Below, in pieces: positions 57,513 through 64,000 of a stretch of DNA of 64,000 nt. Both the position numbers and the translations under genes were made by a program. The notes under the pieces were generated by a model. It worked only from the letters and a program-made list of their open reading frames with translations, did no database searches and was not told the DNA's origin. Each line of letters opens with the position of its first letter. Position 1 is the first letter of the stretch. The stretch is from positions 43,601 through 107,600 of the forward strand of contig CALVTR010000004.1 in the NCBI GenBank assembly GCA_944362965.1, in the 5' to 3' direction. This DNA comes from an uncultured Clostridia bacterium (GTDB taxonomy: Bacteria > Bacillota > Clostridia > Christensenellales > UBA1242).

Positions 57513-60140
57513 TTATTTTCTTGGATTTTTAATGTTTGCTTGAGCTGCTGCAAGACGAGCAATAGGAACTCTATATGGAGAGCAAGAAACATAAGTAAGT
57601 CCGCTGTTGTGGCAAAATTCTATTGAAGATGGGTCACCACCATGTTCGCCGCAGATGCCAAGTTTGATGTCAGGTCTTGTTGATTTGCCTAAGTCCGCTG
57701 CCATTTTTACAAGTTTACCAACACCTTGTTGGTCAAGACGAGCAAATGGGTCAAACTCAAATATCTTCTTAGCGTAGTATACGTCAAGGAACTTGCCAGC
57801 GTCATCACGAGAGAAGCCGTAAGTCATTTGAGTTAAGTCATTTGTTCCGAATGAGAAGAACTCAGCATATTTTGCAATTTCATCAGCTGTGAGTGCAGCA
57901 CGTGGAATTTCAATCATTGTTCCAATCTTATATGTCATCTTTGCATTATTTGCTTTGATAACTTCATCAGCTTTATTTGCAACGATATCGCGAACATACT
58001 TAAATTCTTTCCAGTCGCAAGTGAGTGGGATCATAATTTCAGGAACGATATTGTAACCCTTTTCCTTATTTACTGTGATTGCAGCTTCAATAACTGCTTG
58101 TGTTTGCATTTCAGCAATTTCTGGGTATGTTACTGCAAGACGAAGTCCACGATGACCCATCATTGGGTTAAATTCATGAAGGTCAGCAACTGTTGCCTTA
58201 AGTCTATCAAAAGAGATACCCATATCTTTTGCAAGAGCTGCAATTTCGCTATCTTCATGTGGAAGGAACTCATGAAGAGGTGGGTCAAGGAAACGAATTG
58301 TTACTGGATGACCTTCCATAGCAGAGTAAATTCCGATAAAGTCTTTTCTTTGCATTGGAAGAAGTTTTGCAAGAGCTTTCTTGCGTTCTTCAACAGTAGT
58401 TGAAACAATCATTTCTCTCACTGCTGGGATTCTGTCAGCTTCAAAGAACATGTGTTCTGTTCTGCAAAGTCCAACACCTTCTGCACCGAAGTTGAATGCG
58501 TTTTTAGCATCTCTTGGGTTGTCGGCATTTGTTCTAACCTGAAGAGCACGGTGTTTATCTGCCCAATCCATGATTGTTGCAAACTCCCCTACAATCTTTG
58601 CAGGCTCTGTTCTGATTTCGCCGTCATAAATCTTTCCTGTTGAGCCATCAAAAGAAATAACATCGCCTTCTTTGTATTGCTTGCCATTGATTGTGAATGA
58701 TTTTTCATCTTCAGCAAATTTGAGTGCTGAGCAGCCAGCAACGCAAGCAGTGCCCATTCCACGAGCAACAACGGCTGCGTGAGATGTCATACCACCACGA
58801 GCAGTTAAGATACCTTGACTTGCTGCCATACCTTCAATATCTTCTGGAGATGTTTCAAGACGAACAAGAACAACCTTTTCTTTGTTTGCTCCCATTTCCT
58901 TTGCTTTTTCTGCAGTGAAACAAATCTTACCGCATGCAGCACCAGGAGATGCTGGAAGTCCTTCAGCAATAGGAGAAGCCTTCTTCAATGCGTCTGCATC
59001 AAATTGTGGGTGCAGAAGTGCGTCAAGTTGCTTTGGATCAATCATCATAAGAGCTTCTTCTTCAGTGATAAGCCCTTCTTTTACAAGGTCAACAGCAATC
59101 TTAAGTGCAGCCTTAGCTGTGCGTTTGCCGTTTCTTGTTTGAAGCATATAGAGTTTACCTTTTTCAATAGTAAATTCCATATCTTGCATATCTTTGTTAT
59201 GTTTTTCAAGAGTTTTTGCAATAGTTGCAAATTGTTTGTATACTTCTGGATTTTGTTTTTCAAGAGTAGAGATTGGAAGTGGTGTTCTAATTCCAGCAAC
59301 AACGTCTTCCCCTTGTGCATTCATAAGGTATTCACCATAGAGCTTATTTTCACCAGTTGCTGGGTTACGTGAGAAAGCAACACCAGTGCCTGAGTCTTCG
59401 CCCATGTTACCAAATACCATTGATTGAACATTGACAGCTGTTCCCCATTCATAAGGAATATCATGCATTCTTCTGTAGACATTTGCTCTGTCGTTGTCCC
59501 AAGAGCGGAATACTGCCTTTACAGCTTCGATAAGTTGAACTTGTGGGTCTTGTGGAAACTCTTCCCCTTGTGACTTCTTGTATAAGTCTTTGAATAACTT
59601 AACAATTTCTTTAAGGTCTTCAGCGGTTAAGTCCTTATCATACTGAACTCCCTTTTCTACCTTAACTTTGTCAAGGATTCTTTCATATTTAGACTTTTCT
59701 TGTTGCATAACAACGTCACTAAACATTTGGATAAATCTTCTGTATGAGTCGTAAGCAAAACGTGGGTTGTTTGTAAGAGCTGCAAGCCCTTCAACAACTT
59801 CGTCGTTAAGACCAAGATTTAGAATTGTGTCCATCATGCCAGGCATTGATACTCTTGCACCTGAACGAACAGACACGAGAAGTGGATTGTGTTTGTCACC
59901 AAACTTCTTACCTGTCATCTTCTCAAGTTCTTTAAGTTTTGCTTCAATTTGAGATAAGATTTCATCATTGATTTTTCTTCCGTCTGCATAATATTGAGTG
60001 CAGGCTTCAGTTGTAACAGTGAATCCCTGTGGAACAGGCATTCCAAGATTTGTCATTTCAGCAAGATTTGCACCTTTACCACCAAAGAGTGCTTTGTTTT
60101 TGCCGTCAGCTTCTTTAAATAAGTAAACAAATTTTTTCAT
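57513..60140 (-). CDS. ppdK: Pyruvate, phosphate dikinase
   Basis: 875 aa from MKKFVYLF (AAGGAGAG RBS; the track ORF starts 18 codons earlier). GGKGANLAEM, the phospho-His region GGMTSHAAVVARG, and the C-terminal PEP-utilising domain (GICGEHGGDP). Confidence 0.95.
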   Translation of the reverse strand: MKKFVYLFKEADGKNKALFGGKGANLAEMTNLGMPVPQGFTVTTEACTQYYADGRKINDEILSQIEAKLKELEKMTGKKFGDKHNPLLVSVRSGARVSMPGMMDTILNLGLNDEVVEGLAALTNNPRFAYDSYRRFIQMFSDVVMQQEKSKYERILDKVKVEKGVQYDKDLTAEDLKEIVKLFKDLYKKSQGEEFPQDPQVQLIEAVKAVFRSWDNDRANVYRRMHDIPYEWGTAVNVQSMVFGNMGEDSGTGVAFSRNPATGENKLYGEYLMNAQGEDVVAGIRTPLPISTLEKQNPEVYKQFATIAKTLEKHNKDMQDMEFTIEKGKLYMLQTRNGKRTAKAALKIAVDLVKEGLITEEEALMMIDPKQLDALLHPQFDADALKKASPIAEGLPASPGAACGKICFTAEKAKEMGANKEKVVLVRLETSPEDIEGMAASQGILTARGGMTSHAAVVARGMGTACVAGCSALKFAEDEKSFTINGKQYKEGDVISFDGSTGKIYDGEIRTEPAKIVGEFATIMDWADKHRALQVRTNADNPRDAKNAFNFGAEGVGLCRTEHMFFEADRIPAVREMIVSTTVEERKKALAKLLPMQRKDFIGIYSAMEGHPVTIRFLDPPLHEFLPHEDSEIAALAKDMGISFDRLKATVADLHEFNPMMGHRGLRLAVTYPEIAEMQTQAVIEAAITVNKEKGYNIVPEIMIPLTCDWKEFKYVRDIVANKADEVIKANNAKMTYKIGTMIEIPRAALTADEIAKYAEFFSFGTNDLTQMTYGFSRDDAGKFLDVYYAKKIFEFDPFARLDQQGVGKLVKMAADLGKSTRPDIKLGICGEHGGDPSSIEFCHNSGLTYVSCSPYRVPIARLAAAQANIKNPRK

Positions 60141-60391
60141 AAACTCTCCTTTTTCACAAGACTTATTATATAACAAGAAAGGCATATTTACCAAGCGATT
60201 TAAAAAGATTTTTTAAACTATAAAATAAAATATTTTTCATAAACCTGCATAGAGCAAATAGCAAAAATAAAATATTCTCTTTAAGTTAAAATAAAGTTAT
60301 AAATATATAAAAGGATATAAAATACCAAATAATTAAAAATTTATTTGCAAAAAATAAAAAAAATTTATAAAATAAAACTAATGGAGTGACT

Positions 60392-60961
60392 ATGATTGTA
60401 ATAAAAAACAAAAAAGACAGCATAAATAAGATGAAAGAACTTAGGCTTAATTATTTTCCGCTTGATGTTTTTAGTGTTGATGATATCTCCGGAATAAAAG
60501 CTTTCTTTGACAACAATCCATCCGATGAATATGTTATGCGAAGCCCAAACAAGACCAATGCAAACTTCTTTTATGTCAAAAACTTTGAAGAAGCACAAGA
60601 AAAGCTTAAATTCTTTTCACGTGATGTGACAATAGATGTTTCTTATAGACCTTATAAGGACTCTATTATTCTCGTTGGAGATATCAAAGTTCATAAGGGC
60701 TATGGGGCTGATATTATAGACCTTACCGCAAGGAGTGATAGTGAAGCCACCCAGAGAAATATATATGAAAATCCACAGTATAACTTGCATACAACGATTG
60801 AAGATAATAAATTGTGGGATATTCCGGGATTTTCAAAAATTATGAGATATATCACTGAACATGAGCTTTACGATGTTATTGTTGAATTTTCAGTTTATGA
60901 CTGCAAAATTGGCGTGAATAAGGACAATGTTGTTATATCAGAATTAAGAACCGCCTATTAA
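60392..60961 (+). CDS. Hypothetical protein (189 aa)
   Basis: ATG at 60392, 5 nt after GGAG. The track uses the GTG at 60386. No motif recognised. Confidence 0.55.
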   Translation: MIVIKNKKDSINKMKELRLNYFPLDVFSVDDISGIKAFFDNNPSDEYVMRSPNKTNANFFYVKNFEEAQEKLKFFSRDVTIDVSYRPYKDSIILVGDIKVHKGYGADIIDLTARSDSEATQRNIYENPQYNLHTTIEDNKLWDIPGFSKIMRYITEHELYDVIVEFSVYDCKIGVNKDNVVISELRTAY

Positions 60962-61007
60962 AATATTTTTAAATTAAAAATTTAAAATAGAATAATCGCA
61001 AAAATAA

Positions 61008-61038
61008 CAAAAAAATCGACTTAATTGTCGATTTTTTG
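61008..61038. terminator. Bidirectional terminator shared by convergent genes
   Basis: A7, stem ATCGAC, loop TTAATT, stem GTCGAT, T6. Confidence 0.65.
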
Positions 61039-61110
61039 TGTTTTTTCTTTATTTTTGTTATTTAAGTTAAATTTTTGTTATTATTTAAGTTAAATCAACT
61101 TGCCTTTTTA

Positions 61111-62292
61111 TTAAATCAATCTTTCCCCTGTTATACCATCTGCAAAGCCACATTTTGCTTGGCAATCAAATTTGTATTCATCAGGGAATGTGCATCTTGA
61201 ACCGCGACTAAACTGCTCAAGTTTTTGAGCTTTTGGATGAGATATTAGTTTAAGCGATGCAATATATTTCATAAGAGTTTCTTTTGTTTGCTTATTTATT
61301 TCAAGTTGAGCACAAGCGCAAAGACGCTCTTGCATCTTTAAAATAAAGTTTGCATAAGTGCCCTGCTCTTCGATATTTAAAAGCAGACCTTGTGGAAATT
61401 TGCTTCTCTGTTTTTGGCAATCTTTAAGCCACTCGCAAACTAAATGTTGGTCATCTTTTATAATTGGTGGAATAAAATAGTTATCTTCACTTGAAAATTT
61501 AAATTTATAGTCTATAGTTCTATGACGTTGTGCCTGTGCAAGCTGAGCAAAAGAGCCCATGTATGACGTTGCATAGACATCGCCAAAATATTCTTGCATT
61601 TCGTCGCTATCTCTATCTATAAGAGAAAACTCTCTGCCTTTGCCATCATTTTGAAGCTTTTCATCTATGTAGCCTGTCTCTTCAAGACATTTGCAAAATT
61701 GTGCAAAATATGGACGCATCATTTTATCAAAATCAGTAATCTTTGTGCGTTTAAGCTCTTTTTGAATAAAGCCATAGATATAGTTTAGCTGTCTATATGA
61801 TGTTGAATAAAGCATAGTTGTTGGTGTGAAAACTGATATCAGATATCTGGCATTCTCTTGAGACAATGATTTAATCTTTCTATCTGTGAACCAATCTGGT
61901 GCAACACCATCATATTTATTATGTATTTTGTTTGTGAATATATCTACCCACTTATCATAGAGTTTTTGCTCTTCGCCAGTAAGTGGCATCTCTGTATATC
62001 TTGCTGAACGCTCGCTTGTGTTGTATTCATGCTCATTATTCAAATACATTGCAAGTGCCTTTGGAACTCCTTCAAGCACCAAGTTTATCTCGCTATGACC
62101 ATACACACTGTGATGTCCGCTATTCTTTGTTCTATCTATTCTCTTTGCGGTAGTCTCTGGCTTTTCATTGAGTAGATTCTCAAATGGTTTTTCAGAATAA
62201 CATATTCCTGCACTTTTGCCGCCAAAATCATCAAGCTCCGCTTTGCTTGCCTGATAATCTAGTTTTGTTGAACCAATTACTTTTACTTCCAT
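61111..62292 (-). CDS. ThyX-like (flavin-dependent thymidylate synthase fold) protein, divergent and about twice the usual length
   Basis: The first half aligns, from memory, to the ThyX core: SGHHSVYGHSE (compare HGHETPFEH) and NTSERSARY (compare S.RY), but EHE sits where RHR is expected. An RHR (AQAQRHRTIDY) appears in the second half. Cys-rich C-terminus. Start moved to MEVKV (AAAGGAGAAAAAT ATG). Confidence 0.5.
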   Translation of the reverse strand: MEVKVIGSTKLDYQASKAELDDFGGKSAGICYSEKPFENLLNEKPETTAKRIDRTKNSGHHSVYGHSEINLVLEGVPKALAMYLNNEHEYNTSERSARYTEMPLTGEEQKLYDKWVDIFTNKIHNKYDGVAPDWFTDRKIKSLSQENARYLISVFTPTTMLYSTSYRQLNYIYGFIQKELKRTKITDFDKMMRPYFAQFCKCLEETGYIDEKLQNDGKGREFSLIDRDSDEMQEYFGDVYATSYMGSFAQLAQAQRHRTIDYKFKFSSEDNYFIPPIIKDDQHLVCEWLKDCQKQRSKFPQGLLLNIEEQGTYANFILKMQERLCACAQLEINKQTKETLMKYIASLKLISHPKAQKLEQFSRGSRCTFPDEYKFDCQAKCGFADGITGERLI

Positions 62293-62432
62293 ATTTTTCT
62301 CCTTTATAACCACTTTCATTATATAACATTTTATCTATATTTTCAAGACCGCATATGAAATTTATTTTAAGAAATAAGTCTTCTGGTAAATTAAAAACTA
62401 AGCAAATAAAGTTTAATTTTAAATTTTTGCAC

Positions 62433-62470
62433 AAAAAAAGCCTTTATCACGAGGATAAAAGCTTTTATTT
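62433..62470 (-). terminator. Rho-independent terminator after the 62471 gene
   Basis: Stem AAAGCCTTTATC, loop ACGAG, stem GATAAAAGCTTT (1 mismatch), flanked by A7 and T-rich sequence. Confidence 0.6.
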
Positions 62471-64000
62471 TTATTCTTGTTCAAGAGTGTTTTCTTCAAC
62501 AATTTCAAGAGATGTGTCTGCATTAATCTTTTGAGCAAGTTTATTAGAAAACTCTTCACGAAGCTCTGATGTGACTTCGATATCGCCTAATCTTCCAACT
62601 GGATCTATCGAATAAACTTTGTAAGTTATATTTCCATCAGCATCAGTTATGATTGCGATCGCTTGAGCAGTGATTGTTGTTTTGTCAGTTTTTTTGTCAT
62701 ATGATGCATTTATTGAATATCTTACTTCAATGTTTCCGCTTACTTCATTCTCTTGACCTGCATTCATAATTCCTGTTGCCCCTGCACCTGCAACATTTTC
62801 CATAGTAGTGTCAAAAGCTTGATTTGTGACAACTTCACTAGTTTTTATTCTATTAATAAGTTCTGAAACAGTGAGCTGTTCGCGGTTAAGACCGGATGCG
62901 ATAGTTGTTGAAAGCACGCTTGTGTATGGTCTACCGAAACCATCAATGCAGTCAAGAAGCATTGAAACTTCGCCGTTTTTTGAGTTGTATACGCATTGCT
63001 CAACTGATATAACCTTTCCTACTTTATCAGAGTTGATTAAGTATCTCATGATTTCAGGATTAGACAAATCATTCTTTGTAAATTCAATGTTGAATGTTGC
63101 TTGGGTATATTCTTCGTTTGCTGTTTCTTGATATTCAGCGTAAGTCTCCATAGCGCCTGTGTAATTTTCATGAACGCTGTTGGAATATTCATTTATCTTT
63201 GTTGCTGAATCTATCATATCTTCACCATTCTGTGATACAGCTTCATAGTTGCCTGCATTATAATTTTGTTGTAATTGATCATAATAAGCCATATATGTTT
63301 CAAATTCACTGTCTGCAAGATTTTGATAGCCTACTATAAGAGCATGTGCAACCCCTATTTCTTCTTTTATTGATTGGTCTGCGTTAGTTTCGTTTATCTT
63401 TGCAAGAAGATCAGCTGTTCCATTAAGAGCCTGTTCTATACTGTTCATATCACTGCTTACTATAGTGTTAAGATTTGGAATTGTAACGTTATAATAATTA
63501 TTTGCAAGGTCTTGTGCAGTTTTATCTGCTTCTGATCTAAGTGTTTGATAAGAAACAAATATGTTATTTGTTTTAGTGTTTACGTCTGTAGTCAAACTAG
63601 AAATTGTATTTGCATTTCCAGCGATCGCTGCACCGATTTCATTGACCTTTTCCCAATTCTTAGCTTCGTATTCTTTGTTCAAAAGTTCTATAGCATCTTG
63701 TCCTTCATAGATTGTCATTGCTTCATAGGTTGTTTGCGCATCAGAAAGACTAATTCCAGCAGAAGTTAAATCGCTTTGCATGGTTGTTATGATATCGTTG
63801 ACGCTATTTGTTGACATTGTTTTTATATCAAAAGTTGAAGCTCCTGAATCTGTGGTTACCTCATCAACATAAGATTTTGCTGTTGTATAGTTTTCTTGTG
63901 CCTTATTGATTTCGCCTTCTGCCGAAGAGACAATTTGTTGAGAATTGTTATAATACTTCTCTGCAAGCGTTACTGTGTTTGTTTCTGCCTGCTCTGCTCT
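62471..64000 (-). CDS. Hypothetical protein, 5'-truncated by the window edge
   Basis: The track lists 62471-63817, but the same frame stays open upstream of the ATG to nt 64000 (..AEKYYNNSQQIVSSAEGEINKAQENYTTAKSYVDEVTTDSGASTFDIKTMSTN..). Gln/Asn/Glu/Thr-rich in runs that look helical. Confidence 0.6.
   Translation of the reverse strand, partial: RAEQAETNTVTLAEKYYNNSQQIVSSAEGEINKAQENYTTAKSYVDEVTTDSGASTFDIKTMSTNSVNDIITTMQSDLTSAGISLSDAQTTYEAMTIYEGQDAIELLNKEYEAKNWEKVNEIGAAIAGNANTISSLTTDVNTKTNNIFVSYQTLRSEADKTAQDLANNYYNVTIPNLNTIVSSDMNSIEQALNGTADLLAKINETNADQSIKEEIGVAHALIVGYQNLADSEFETYMAYYDQLQQNYNAGNYEAVSQNGEDMIDSATKINEYSNSVHENYTGAMETYAEYQETANEEYTQATFNIEFTKNDLSNPEIMRYLINSDKVGKVISVEQCVYNSKNGEVSMLLDCIDGFGRPYTSVLSTTIASGLNREQLTVSELINRIKTSEVVTNQAFDTTMENVAGAGATGIMNAGQENEVSGNIEVRYSINASYDKKTDKTTITAQAIAIITDADGNITYKVYSIDPVGRLGDIEVTSELREEFSNKLAQKINADTSLEIVEENTLEQE

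Overview
AT-rich, low-GC chromosome segment that looks like a reduced-genome Bacillota (Firmicutes). I support 33 protein-coding genes, mostly on the minus strand, and a six-gene tRNA cluster (Gly-Arg-His-Gln-Gln-Lys). No rRNA genes, CRISPR array or intact mobile element were seen. Housekeeping content: uvrA and uvrB (separated by two inserted genes), a ttcA-like gene, gpmI, pfkA, dnaE, whiA, rpe, rsgA, rlmN, fmt, def, priA, rpoZ and ppdK. The rpoZ-priA-def-fmt-rlmN-rsgA-rpe order matches the B. subtilis ylo cluster, but coaBC, rsmB, prpC and prkC are missing. Accessory content: one uninterrupted 19.6-kb ORF for a 6551-aa predicted lipoprotein; two paralogous BspA-type LRR surface proteins; two paralogous small proteins with a possible winged-helix N-terminus and a C-terminal TM helix; a divergent double-length ThyX-like protein; and several orphans. 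The most unusual signal is non-coding. A family of G+C-enriched, hairpin-dense, modular repeats stands out against otherwise pure A/T-tract intergenic DNA. It includes two large composite blocks (R1 9176-9957, R2 55086-56247), one upstream of each LRR paralog. It also includes a partial block (R3 45822-46005), six copies of a roughly 93-100-nt unit with an outer stem enclosing three hairpins, and a MITE-like insertion that splits a bidirectional terminator. R1 and R2 differ by an inversion of a 64-66-bp segment bounded by 14-bp inverted repeats. They also differ in a C7 versus C8 homopolymer inside the spacer of a TTGACA/TATACT promoter-like box. All calls come from reading the sequence and the ORF translations; no database or folding software was run, so family names are motif-based and all functional ideas about the repeats are hypotheses.
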